NCBI GenBank assembly: GCA_024641735.1
Contig: JAHECN010000002.1
Location: 1-58,537, forward strand
DNA length: 58,537 nt
Direction: 5' to 3'
From: Gemmatimonadota bacterium
GTDB taxonomy: Bacteria; Gemmatimonadota; Gemmatimonadetes; Gemmatimonadales; GWC2-71-9
This document shows, one piece after another, positions 1 to 7,813 of the stretch (positions are counted from its first letter, which is position 1; each line of letters starts with the position of its first letter). The translations under genes and the position numbers were made by a program. A model generated the notes under the pieces. The model was not told where the DNA came from, searched no databases, and saw nothing but the letters and a program-made list of their open reading frames with translations.

Positions 1-1212
1 CCAACCGGGTGGGTTGAGAACCATCCCGGGATGACGTTTCTCGCGGACAGCAACCGCTTCATCTGGGATTCCGAGCGCAGCGGTTTCGGTAACTACTATC
101 TGTACGATCTGAGCGGGAAGCTGATCAACACCATCACGCAGCACCCGTTCGAGGTGGCCAACATCGTGAAGGTCGATGAGAAGTCCGGACAGCTCTGGTA
201 CATGGCGCGCGACGGTGACAACTACCTCAAGCTCCAGTTGCACCGGGTCGGATTGAACGGGAAGGGTGATGTGCGCCTGACCGACCCGACGCTCAATCAT
301 GCCGTCACGCTTTCTCCTGATGGGAAGTTCTTTGTGGATGTGGCGCAGGCGCACGATGTGCCGCCGACCACGCGCATCTTCGATGCCTCAGGCAAGCTCG
401 TGAAAGAGTTGGCCACCAGCGATCTGACCAAGTTCAACGAACTCGGCCTCAAGAAGGTCGAGATGTTCCGCTTCACGGCGGCCGACGGCAAGACGCCCCT
501 GCTCGGCATGATCCACTATCCATCCAACTTCGATCCGGCCAAGAAGTATCCCGTGCTGATGCCGGTCTATGGTGGACCGGCCTCAGCGAGCAGCACGGCG
601 AACGAGCGGTGGAGCACGCCGTCCGCGATGACCGAATACGGGTTCATCGTCGTGAACTTCGACACCCGTGCTGCACCGGGGCAGGGAAAGCGCACCCTGG
701 ACGCGCTGTACGAGAAGTTGGGTCAGACGGAAATGAATGACATGGCCGAAGGGCTCAAGGCGTTGGCCAAACGTCCCTATATCGACAGCAAGCGGGTGGG
801 CGTCTACGGGACCTCGTACGGCGGTTACTCCTCCGCGATGATGTTGCTGCGGTTCCCGGATCTGGTGGCTGCTGCGGCCGCCTCGTCGGCGGTGACAGCA
901 TGGAACCATTACGACACGATCTACACCGAGCGCTTCATGTGGATTCCGCAGGAAAACGTTGACGGTTACGCCAAGGGGTCGGCGATGACCTACGCCAAGG
1001 ACCTCAAGGGGAGCCTGCTGATCTACTACGGCACCGCGGACAACAACGTGCATCCCAACAACGCGATGCAGTTGATCAAGGCGCTGCAGCAAGCCGGAAA
1101 GAGCTTCGAGGTCCAGGTTGGTCCCGATGCTGGGCATACCGGTGTGAACTCGCAGCGGATGATGGAGTTTTTCATCGAGAATCTGGTGATGAAGGCCCCT
1201 CCGATTTCCTGA
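1..1212 (+). CDS. S9 family serine peptidase (prolyl oligopeptidase / DPP-IV-like), 5'-truncated by the window edge
   Basis: The frame is open from nt 1, with no stop before the ATG at 31. The alpha/beta-hydrolase catalytic domain has the nucleophile elbow GTSYGGY, then YYGTADNNV (Asp) and DAGH (His) in S9 order. Confidence 0.8.
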   Translation, partial: PTGWVENHPGMTFLADSNRFIWDSERSGFGNYYLYDLSGKLINTITQHPFEVANIVKVDEKSGQLWYMARDGDNYLKLQLHRVGLNGKGDVRLTDPTLNHAVTLSPDGKFFVDVAQAHDVPPTTRIFDASGKLVKELATSDLTKFNELGLKKVEMFRFTAADGKTPLLGMIHYPSNFDPAKKYPVLMPVYGGPASASSTANERWSTPSAMTEYGFIVVNFDTRAAPGQGKRTLDALYEKLGQTEMNDMAEGLKALAKRPYIDSKRVGVYGTSYGGYSSAMMLLRFPDLVAAAAASSAVTAWNHYDTIYTERFMWIPQENVDGYAKGSAMTYAKDLKGSLLIYYGTADNNVHPNNAMQLIKALQQAGKSFEVQVGPDAGHTGVNSQRMMEFFIENLVMKAPPIS

Positions 1213-1230
1213 GCGAGTGTGGCGGCGCCG

Positions 1231-1266
1231 CAACAAGGGGCCCTCGTCGTCGAGGGCCCCTTGTTG
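1231..1266 (+). terminator. Hairpin terminator candidate after the S9 peptidase gene
   Basis: Perfect 16-bp stem CAACAAGGGGCCCTCG / CGAGGGCCCCTTGTTG with a 4-nt loop, 19 nt after the stop codon. There is no clear T-run. Confidence 0.6.
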
Positions 1267-1344
1267 CTTCCGGTACATCTGCCGATCATAGAGAGGTAGG
1301 TGGCCGACCGGCCCCGAACCTTTCCGTCTACAGGAGTCCCTCCC

Positions 1345-2862
1345 ATGCGTTTTGCGCTTCGTTCCGGAGTGGCCGCGTTGCTCGTCCTCTTCGGTGCTGC
1401 CTGTGCCGATCAGGCGACCCCCGTCTCGGCCTTGGATGCCCCGGCGTTCGCCAAGGGTGACAGTCCCGTCGCTGCCGACTACATCGTGGTCTTCCGTCCC
1501 GGGACGCGCGGTGCCGATCAGCTGACCGACGAGCTCTCCCGCGGCGGGAGCGTGCACTTCCGCTACCAGACCGCCCTGCAGGGTTTCGCCGCCACGCTGC
1601 CGGCGGCGGCGCTCGAAGGAATTCGTCGGAATCCCAATGTGCTGCTCGTCGAAGCAGATGCGGAGGTCCAGGCGAGCGAGACTCAGACCGGGGCGACCTG
1701 GGGATTGGACCGCATCGACCAGGCGGCGCTCCCGCTAAATGGCACATACAACTACACCGCCACTGGCACCGGCGTGCGCGCCTACATCCTCGACACCGGG
1801 ATCCGTTCCGATCATGGCGAGTTCGGTGGGCGCGTCGTCGGCGGGTTCACGGCGATTTCCGACGGACGCGGAACCGAAGATTGCAACGGCCACGGGACGC
1901 ACGTTTCCGGGACGGTGGGTGGGTCGACCTACGGCGTGGCCAAGGGCGTGACGTTGGTGCCGGTCCGGGTGCTCGACTGCCGAGGATCCGGGTCGACCTC
2001 GGGGGTCATCGCGGGGATCGACTGGGTTGCGACGAATGCCAGCAAGCCCGCTGTGGCCAATATGTCGCTTGGTGGCGGGGCGAGCACCGCACTGGACGCG
2101 GCAGTGACCAACGCAGTTAACAGCGGCGTCACCTTCGTCGTCGCCGCCGGCAATAGCAACGCCGATGCCTGTACCGCGTCGCCAGCACGGGCACCGGCCG
2201 CGATCACCGTCGGGGCGACGACCTCGAGCGATGCGCGGGCGAGCTACTCCAACTATGGCAACTGCCTCGACATCTTCGCACCCGGGAGCGGCATCACGTC
2301 GTCGTGGTACACCAGTAGCACGGCAACCAATACGATCAGCGGCACCTCGATGGCCTCACCGCACGTGGCAGGGGCGGCGGCGCTTCTGCTCCAGGGGTCG
2401 CCGAGCGCGACACCCGCCGCGATCACCGCGGGACTGACCGGCAGCGCGACTGCAGGCGTCGTTAGTGGGGCAGGGAGCGGTTCCCCGAATCTGCTCCTCT
2501 TCACCGGGGGTGGAGCAGCGCCACCGCCACCGCCACCGCCACCGCCGCCACCCACGACCGTCGACGTCCACGTCGCAGGACTCACCGGCAGTTCCGTGAG
2601 TCGTGGTCGGAATTGGGCCGCAACCGTGGACATTAGCGTGGCCGACGTCGCTGGTGCACCTGTCAGCGGCGCGACGGTGACTGGAAACTTCACCGGCGAA
2701 GGCTCGATCAGCTGTACCACCGATGGGTCCGGCGGCTGCTCCGTCAGTTCTCCGAACTATAAGAACAGGACGAACACGACCTGGACAGTCACCGGAATTT
2801 CGGGTGTTGGAATGACGTGGGATTCCAGTGCAACTTGGCTGCGGTCCATCGTGGTTCAGTAG
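1345..2862 (+). CDS. Secreted subtilisin-like serine protease (S8, proteinase-K-like) with I9 propeptide, poly-Pro linker and C-terminal beta-rich domain
   Basis: Taken from ORF 1300..2862, with the start placed at ATG 1345 (MRFALRSGVAALLVLFGAAC signal/lipobox-like). Propeptide YIVVFRPG...FRYQTALQGFAA. Triad motifs AYILDTGI (Asp), HGTHVSGT (His) and GTSMASPHVAG (Ser). An 11-Pro linker is followed by a roughly 90-aa C-terminal domain. Confidence 0.9.
   Translation: MRFALRSGVAALLVLFGAACADQATPVSALDAPAFAKGDSPVAADYIVVFRPGTRGADQLTDELSRGGSVHFRYQTALQGFAATLPAAALEGIRRNPNVLLVEADAEVQASETQTGATWGLDRIDQAALPLNGTYNYTATGTGVRAYILDTGIRSDHGEFGGRVVGGFTAISDGRGTEDCNGHGTHVSGTVGGSTYGVAKGVTLVPVRVLDCRGSGSTSGVIAGIDWVATNASKPAVANMSLGGGASTALDAAVTNAVNSGVTFVVAAGNSNADACTASPARAPAAITVGATTSSDARASYSNYGNCLDIFAPGSGITSSWYTSSTATNTISGTSMASPHVAGAAALLLQGSPSATPAAITAGLTGSATAGVVSGAGSGSPNLLLFTGGGAAPPPPPPPPPPPTTVDVHVAGLTGSSVSRGRNWAATVDISVADVAGAPVSGATVTGNFTGEGSISCTTDGSGGCSVSSPNYKNRTNTTWTVTGISGVGMTWDSSATWLRSIVVQ
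2521..2553 (+). repeat. CCACCG-type microsatellite encoding 11 consecutive prolines
   Basis: CCA CCG CCA CCG CCA CCG CCA CCG CCG CCA CCC, in frame within the first S8 gene. Confidence 0.9.
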
Positions 2863-2888
2863 TTCAGAGCACCTTCCAACCGGAACGG

Positions 2889-2925
2889 GAACGCCCTCCC
2901 GCACCTCGTGTGTGGGAGGGCGTTC
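2889..2925 (+). terminator. Hairpin terminator candidate between the two S8 genes
   Basis: GAACGCCCTCCC ... GGGAGGGCGTTC (12 bp, extendable by GCAC/GTGT pairs), followed by TCATT. It lies 27 nt after the stop at 2862. Confidence 0.6.
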
Positions 2926-3113
2926 TCATTCGGACCGCCCGGGCTCCATGCTTGGCCGAGGCCTCCCTGCGGTGCGGATGCACCGGATCGAGATCCGGTG
3001 TCGTGCTGATTCCGTCGCACTTTCGCCACACTAGCGCGGACTTGTACTGGAGTGGACCTTCATCCCCCGCTGGTCACCAGCACGACACCACACGCACACC
3101 GAAGGGGACACCG

Positions 3114-4634
3114 TTGATTCGACTTTCCGACTGCCGCACCGCGGCAGCCCTGATGCTTTGTGTCGTCGCATGCTCGGATTCCACGCCTCTTCCCACTGGT
3201 GCATCGACCGCCCCGCTGTACAGCGCACAAGGGGATGGCGGGCTCCGCGATCGCTATATCGTGGTCTTCCGGCCCGGCACCCCCAACCAAGACCAATTGA
3301 CCGACCAGTTGGCGCAAGGCGGCACGGTGCACTTCCGCTATGACGTGGCGCTCGAGGGATTTGCCGCCACCCTCCCCGCGGCAGCGCTGGAAGGGGTGCG
3401 TCGGAATCCGAACGTCGCCTACGTCGAGGCGGACGCCGAGGTGCGTGGCAGTGAGACGGTGCAGTCGGGGGCCACCTGGGGGATCGATCGGGTCGATCAA
3501 CGGGCGCTTCCGCTCTCCGGGAGCTATGCCTACGGCATGACGGGAGCCGGCGTCTCGGCGTACATCCTGGACACCGGACTCCGTGCGGACCATGTGGAGT
3601 TCACGGGCCGGGTCCGTGCAGGATACACCACGATCACGGACGGGCTCGGCACAGCGGATTGTAATGGCCACGGTACGCACGTCGCCGGGACCCTCGGGGG
3701 GACGACGTTCGGTGTCGCGAAGGGGGTGACCCTGGTTCCGGTCCGTGTGTTGGATTGTAGTGCCGCGGGCTATGTCTCAGGCTTCGTGGCCGGGATCAAT
3801 TGGGTGATCACCAACAAGCAGATGCCGGCAGTGATCAACATGTCCATCGCGTCGGCCGTGAGCTCGACCATGGACAACGCCGTGGCCAACGCGACGGCTG
3901 CCGGCATCACGGTCGTGGTGGCCGCGGCAAATTACAGCACCGATGCCTGCAACTACTCGCCCGCTCGCGCACCGAGTGCGATCACGGTCGCCGCCACCGG
4001 GAGCGATGACGCGCAGGCGAGCTATTCGAACTTCGGCAGTTGTGTCGACCTGTATGCTCCGGGAACGAGCATCACGTCCGCCTCGCATACGGACCCCACG
4101 GGCACCGCCGTGAAGAGCGGCACCTCTATGGCGTCCCCCCACGTCGCGGGGGCCGTCGCACTGCTCTTGCAGGCGACTCCGACTGCGACGCCGGCCGCCA
4201 TCACGACCACGCTGCTTGGTAACGCGACCGGCAACGTCGTGGCGAGCCTCGGCGTCGGCTCCCCGAATCGGTTGCTCTTTGTCGGGGGTGCGCTGGCCCC
4301 GCCGCCGCCGCCGTCCTCTACGACGAGTGTCGCGATTGGCAGCTTGAGCGGGAGCGGGGTGGTCAAGGGGAAGAACTGGACTGCTACGGTCTCCATCACC
4401 GTCCTCTCGTCTGCCAAAGTGGTGATTGGCGGGGCAACGGTCTCCGGTAGATGGGACGGGGGGAGCGTGGTCTCCTGCGTCACCAATAGTGCAGGAGTCT
4501 GTTCGCTGGCATCGGCGGCATTGAAGCTGCGAAAGTTGAACACGGTGTGGCAGGTCAGCACGGTGGCAGGGCCGAGTTTGGCCTACGACGCGACCAATAA
4601 CGCTGCCTCCGCCATCACGATTTCCAAGCCGTAG
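3114..4634 (+). CDS. Second secreted subtilisin-like serine protease (S8), tandem paralog of 1345..2862
   Basis: Taken from ORF 2817..4634. The start is placed at TTG 3114, preceded by GAAGGGGA (RBS-like), which gives (M)IRLSDCRTAAALMLCVVAC (lipobox-like). ATG 3153 is an alternative start. Domain order matches the first copy: YIVVFRPG propeptide, AYILDTGL, HGTHVAGT, GTSMASPHVAG, a 5-Pro linker and a similar C-terminal domain. Confidence 0.85.
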   Translation: MIRLSDCRTAAALMLCVVACSDSTPLPTGASTAPLYSAQGDGGLRDRYIVVFRPGTPNQDQLTDQLAQGGTVHFRYDVALEGFAATLPAAALEGVRRNPNVAYVEADAEVRGSETVQSGATWGIDRVDQRALPLSGSYAYGMTGAGVSAYILDTGLRADHVEFTGRVRAGYTTITDGLGTADCNGHGTHVAGTLGGTTFGVAKGVTLVPVRVLDCSAAGYVSGFVAGINWVITNKQMPAVINMSIASAVSSTMDNAVANATAAGITVVVAAANYSTDACNYSPARAPSAITVAATGSDDAQASYSNFGSCVDLYAPGTSITSASHTDPTGTAVKSGTSMASPHVAGAVALLLQATPTATPAAITTTLLGNATGNVVASLGVGSPNRLLFVGGALAPPPPPSSTTSVAIGSLSGSGVVKGKNWTATVSITVLSSAKVVIGGATVSGRWDGGSVVSCVTNSAGVCSLASAALKLRKLNTVWQVSTVAGPSLAYDATNNAASAITISKP

Positions 4635-4651
4635 ACCCCGCCTCTGGTACA

Positions 4652-4690
4652 CAGCAGCCCTCCCCCAGCATTGCTGGAGGAGGGCTGCTG
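4652..4690. terminator. Bidirectional hairpin between convergent genes
   Basis: CAGCAGCCCTCC ... GGAGGGCTGCTG (12 bp) plus an inner CCAGC/GCTGG stem. It sits between the stop at 4634 (+) and the stop at 4707 (-). Confidence 0.6.
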
Positions 4691-4706
4691 CGATACGCGC
4701 GATGCC

Positions 4707-5129
4707 CTACTTCGCGAATACCATCGCGGGTTCCTTGAACGCCTTGAACTCCAGCGCGTTCCCCGACGGGTCCAGAAAGAACATGGTGGCCTGCTCGCCC
4801 ACTTGCCCCGCGAACCGGATCCCAGGCTCGATGATGAACGCCGTGCCGGCCGCCCGAAGACGACCAGCCATCGCATGCCATTCCTCCCAGTCGAGAATCA
4901 CGCCGAAGTGCCGCACCGGGACGGCGTGACCGTCCACCTGATTGGCAGCCGTCCGACCGAGCTCTTCGGGTGCCAGATGCGCCACGATCTGGTGACCATA
5001 GAAATTGAAATCCACCCACTGCTCGGATGACCGACCCTCGGGACACCCAAGGCGGCCCCCATAGAACGCCCGTGCGGCATCGAGGTCGTTGACCGGGAAG
5101 GCGAGGTGGAAGGGAGGGATGGGGGGCAT
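4707..5129 (-). CDS. VOC (glyoxalase / bleomycin-resistance / dioxygenase) family protein
   Basis: 140 aa. Starts [22 protein letters not shown] and ends ...[15 protein letters not shown], typical of the paired beta-alpha-beta-beta-beta VOC fold. GGAGG lies 6 nt upstream of the ATG. Confidence 0.7.
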   Translation of the reverse strand: MPPIPPFHLAFPVNDLDAARAFYGGRLGCPEGRSSEQWVDFNFYGHQIVAHLAPEELGRTAANQVDGHAVPVRHFGVILDWEEWHAMAGRLRAAGTAFIIEPGIRFAGQVGEQATMFFLDPSGNALEFKAFKEPAMVFAK

Positions 5130-5340
5130 CGGGACCTCCGGGAACGAGAGAAGAGGAAAGAGAGAGGAGAGAAGCTGTTGGGAGAAGCTTGGCCGTAAGG
5201 CACCGCTTGCTCAAGTCCCTCCCCTCACTCCTCTTGACGCATCCCCCCATCGCCGATACTCTTCCGCCACAATCGATCGGCCCCGTGGTCATTTGCCGCT
5301 GCTTGCAGCCACGTTAAACAAATGCTAAAGTGCTCACTAC

Positions 5341-5371
5341 GCCTGGCGGCGCATTCCGCCCAGGCGTTTTT
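5341..5371 (+). terminator. Intrinsic-terminator-like hairpin 1 in the metX leader
   Basis: GCCTGGCGG / CCGC(C)CAGGC stem (9 bp, one bulge) with a 6-nt loop, followed by G then TTTTT. Confidence 0.55.
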
Positions 5372-5410
5372 CGCGTCTTGGGACTTTGGTGAACCGAGGA
5401 ACTGCACACG

Positions 5411-5506
5411 ATGACGCACCACGCTGCTCGAATTCTCATGCGAATGATTCGGATGACCGGCGCTCCCTTGGGAGAGACGGACGGGCAGCTGCGCATCTCC
5501 GCGTAG
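5411..5506 (+). CDS. Candidate leader peptide MTHHAARILMRMIRMTGAPLGETDGQLRISA (hypothetical)
   Basis: ATG 5411 is preceded by GAGGA, 10 nt upstream. There are 31 codons, with Met at positions 1, 10, 12 and 15 (ATG CGA ATG ATT CGG ATG). The stop codon is 30 nt upstream of terminator hairpin 2. The frame differs from metX. Confidence 0.3.
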   Translation: MTHHAARILMRMIRMTGAPLGETDGQLRISA

Positions 5507-5535
5507 CCTCAACCAGCCGACACACTGTCGGCGCG

Positions 5536-5578
5536 GCGCCCCGGCCTCTCTTCGGAGAGGGCCGGGGCGCTTTGCATT
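5536..5578 (+). terminator. Intrinsic-terminator-like hairpin 2 in the metX leader
   Basis: GCGCCCCGGCCTCTC-TTCG-GAGAGGGCCGGGGCGC (15 bp, one bulged G, UUCG loop), followed by TTTGCATT. It lies 27 nt upstream of the metX ATG. Confidence 0.6.
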
Positions 5579-5604
5579 GCCACCCTGACGCACAAGAGGA
5601 CCTG

Positions 5605-6594
5605 ATGTCATTGCCCACGTTGTTCCGGCGGACTGCCGCCGATCGAAGTGCACGCGCGCCTGTGCCCGTCGTGCCATCCCACCATGGCGGGATCCTGGAT
5701 CTCACCACTGTTCGAGTCGAGGACCACGGCAACCCTCATGGTCCTGTGATTGTGGTCTTGGGCGGGATTTCCGCCAGCGGTCATGTCGCGGCGCACGCGG
5801 GGGATCCCAGCCCAGGATGGTGGGACGAGGTGGTGACCGTGGGTGGAGCGATCGACCCTGCCCGGTATCGCGTGCTGAGCATCGATTGGGTGACGGTGTC
5901 TGGGCATCCGGTGGACTCGCGGGACCAAGCGCGCGCCCTCGCCCACGCGCTCGACACGTTGGGAATTACTGCGGTCGACGCCATTGTCGGTGCCTCCTAC
6001 GGTGGCATGGTCGCGCTCGTGTTCGCTGCCCTCTTCCCCGCACGAGTGGGCCAGCTCATCGTGCTGTGCGCCGCACACGAAAGTCATCCGATGGCCACGG
6101 CGTGGCGCACCATTCAACGCGGCGTCGTGCGGCTCGGTATCAAGAGTGGTAGGGCACATGAGGCGGTGGCGCTCGCCCGCGCCCTGGGCATTGCGACCTA
6201 TCGCACGGCCGAGGAATTCGCCGAGCGCTTCTCACCGGCACCCGCGCGGACGCCAGATGGCTACCGGTTTCCCGTGGAGGACTATCTCGAACACGGGGGC
6301 ACGCGCTTCGCGGTGCGGTGTGAGGCGGAGCGTTATCTCGCGTTGTCCGAGTCGATCGATCTGCATCGGGTCAACCCCGCCGAGATCACGACGCCGATCA
6401 CGCTCTTCGGTGTGGAAGGGGATCAACTCGTCCCGCTCTGGCAAGTACACGAGCTCTTTGGCCAGCTCGCTGGTCCCGGGCGCGTGGTGGAAATCGCGTC
6501 ACGATTCGGACACGATGCCTTTCTCAAGGAAGTCAGCGCTGTTTCCGATTTGATCTCCTCTGCATTGGACCGGGGGGCGCATCATGCCGCGTGA
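5605..6594 (+). CDS. metX: Homoserine O-acyltransferase (MetX family, alpha/beta hydrolase)
   Basis: Start placed at ATG 5605, after the RBS AAGAGGA. The in-frame upstream extension to 5386 contains the terminator hairpin. Nucleophile elbow GASYGGMVAL. Overlaps the next trans-sulfuration gene by 11 nt. Confidence 0.7.
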   Translation: MSLPTLFRRTAADRSARAPVPVVPSHHGGILDLTTVRVEDHGNPHGPVIVVLGGISASGHVAAHAGDPSPGWWDEVVTVGGAIDPARYRVLSIDWVTVSGHPVDSRDQARALAHALDTLGITAVDAIVGASYGGMVALVFAALFPARVGQLIVLCAAHESHPMATAWRTIQRGVVRLGIKSGRAHEAVALARALGIATYRTAEEFAERFSPAPARTPDGYRFPVEDYLEHGGTRFAVRCEAERYLALSESIDLHRVNPAEITTPITLFGVEGDQLVPLWQVHELFGQLAGPGRVVEIASRFGHDAFLKEVSAVSDLISSALDRGAHHAA

Positions 6595-7786
6595 GAGGCA
6601 GTCCTCCGCCACACGTGCGGTCCGTGCCGGAATTGCGACCGACCGCCAGTGCGGTGCAGTCGTCCCACCGATCTACCTGACGTCGACGTTCGCGTTCCCT
6701 GCCTTCGGCGTGAAGGGACGGTACGACTACTCCCGATCCGGCAACCCGACGCGAGATCAACTCGCCGAGGCTATTGCCGAACTGGAAGGTGGTGCGGCCG
6801 CTGTGATCACCGCGTCCGGCATGGCGGCGGTCACGCTCGTGCTGCAATTGGTCCAGCCGGGTCAACTGGTCGTTGCGACGCACGACTGCTATGGCGGGAC
6901 GCATCGACTCCTGACACACCTCGCCCGGCGCGGGCATTTCGAGGTGGCGTTTGTTGATTTCGCAGATCCCCTCGCGTGGCACGCCGCGTTGGTACGCCGT
7001 CCTCGGCTCGTGTGGGTCGAGACGCCGAGTAACCCGTTGCTTCGGATTACCGATGTGCGCGCCGCCGCGGCGTCGGCGCATGCCGTTGGTGCCCTCTGCG
7101 TGGTCGACAACACCTTTCTCTCGCCGGCGCTCCAGCAGCCGATCGCGCTCGGCGCAGACATCGTGGTCCATTCCACGACGAAGTACCTCAACGGCCATAG
7201 TGACGTGGTCGGTGGCGCGGTGGTCGCAGCCGAACAGGCCCTCGCAGAGGAGTTGGGGTGGTGGGGGAATTGCCTGGGCCTGACTGGGGCGCCGTTCGAT
7301 GCATTCCTGACGCTCCGGGGGATCCGGACATTGCACGCCAGGATGCGCCTGCATGAGGAGAATGCTCACGAGGTCGCGACTGCGCTGTCGGCGCATCCGT
7401 TGGTAGCCGAGGTCCACTATCCTGGGCTCCCATCCCATCCGGGACACGGGCTGGCACGCCGGCAGCAACAGGGATTCGGGGCGATGGTCTCGTTCGAAGT
7501 ACGGGGCGGGATGCGGGCGGTGGAGGATGTCGCCACTGGCCTCGAGCTGTTCACGCTCGCGGAATCGCTCGGGGGCGTTGAGAGCCTGATCGCGCATCCC
7601 GCCACGATGACCCATGCCGCGATGGACCCTGAGGCGAGGCGCGTGGCTGGCATTCGCGACTCGCTCCTGCGACTGTCTGTCGGGATCGAAGCGGCAGACG
7701 ACCTCGTCCGGGATCTCCTCCGGGCCCTCGATGGCGTGGCGGGACGATGCGGCCTCGCGGAGGTCTCGGCGGCCCATGCGGGCTAG
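6584..7786 (+). CDS. Cys/Met-metabolism PLP enzyme (cystathionine gamma-synthase / O-acylhomoserine sulfhydrylase family)
   Basis: 400 aa. Starts TRAVRAGIATD. The PLP-lysine motif is HSTTKYLNGHSDVVGG, with SLGGVESLI near the C-terminus. Translationally overlapped with metX. Confidence 0.85.
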   Translation: MPRERQSSATRAVRAGIATDRQCGAVVPPIYLTSTFAFPAFGVKGRYDYSRSGNPTRDQLAEAIAELEGGAAAVITASGMAAVTLVLQLVQPGQLVVATHDCYGGTHRLLTHLARRGHFEVAFVDFADPLAWHAALVRRPRLVWVETPSNPLLRITDVRAAAASAHAVGALCVVDNTFLSPALQQPIALGADIVVHSTTKYLNGHSDVVGGAVVAAEQALAEELGWWGNCLGLTGAPFDAFLTLRGIRTLHARMRLHEENAHEVATALSAHPLVAEVHYPGLPSHPGHGLARRQQQGFGAMVSFEVRGGMRAVEDVATGLELFTLAESLGGVESLIAHPATMTHAAMDPEARRVAGIRDSLLRLSVGIEAADDLVRDLLRALDGVAGRCGLAEVSAAHAG

Positions 7787-7813
7787 TATTCGGAACCTCA
7801 ACGGAGCCTTCCC

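Larger units (their letters stand above)
5234..5604 (+). promoter_or_regulatory. Long structured 5' leader of the metX operon (candidate attenuator / riboswitch region)
   Basis: Contains TTGACG-N17-TACTCT promoter-like hexamers (5234-5262), two terminator-like hairpins (5341-5371 and 5536-5578), a locally AT-richer stretch and a Met-codon-rich mini-ORF. The region ends at the AAGAGGA RBS of metX. Confidence 0.45.

Noticed and set aside
2817-3113. N-terminal 99-aa extension of the second S8 protease.
   Set aside because: The extension overlaps the end of the first S8 gene and its terminator hairpin, and it has no signal peptide. An RBS-like GAAGGGGA precedes TTG 3114, which yields a lipoprotein-type signal.
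5386-5604. N-terminal extension of metX to 402 aa.
   Set aside because: The extension is an Arg/Asp/His-rich sequence with no MetX similarity, and it contains the strong terminator-like hairpin. A good RBS (AAGAGGA) precedes ATG 5605.
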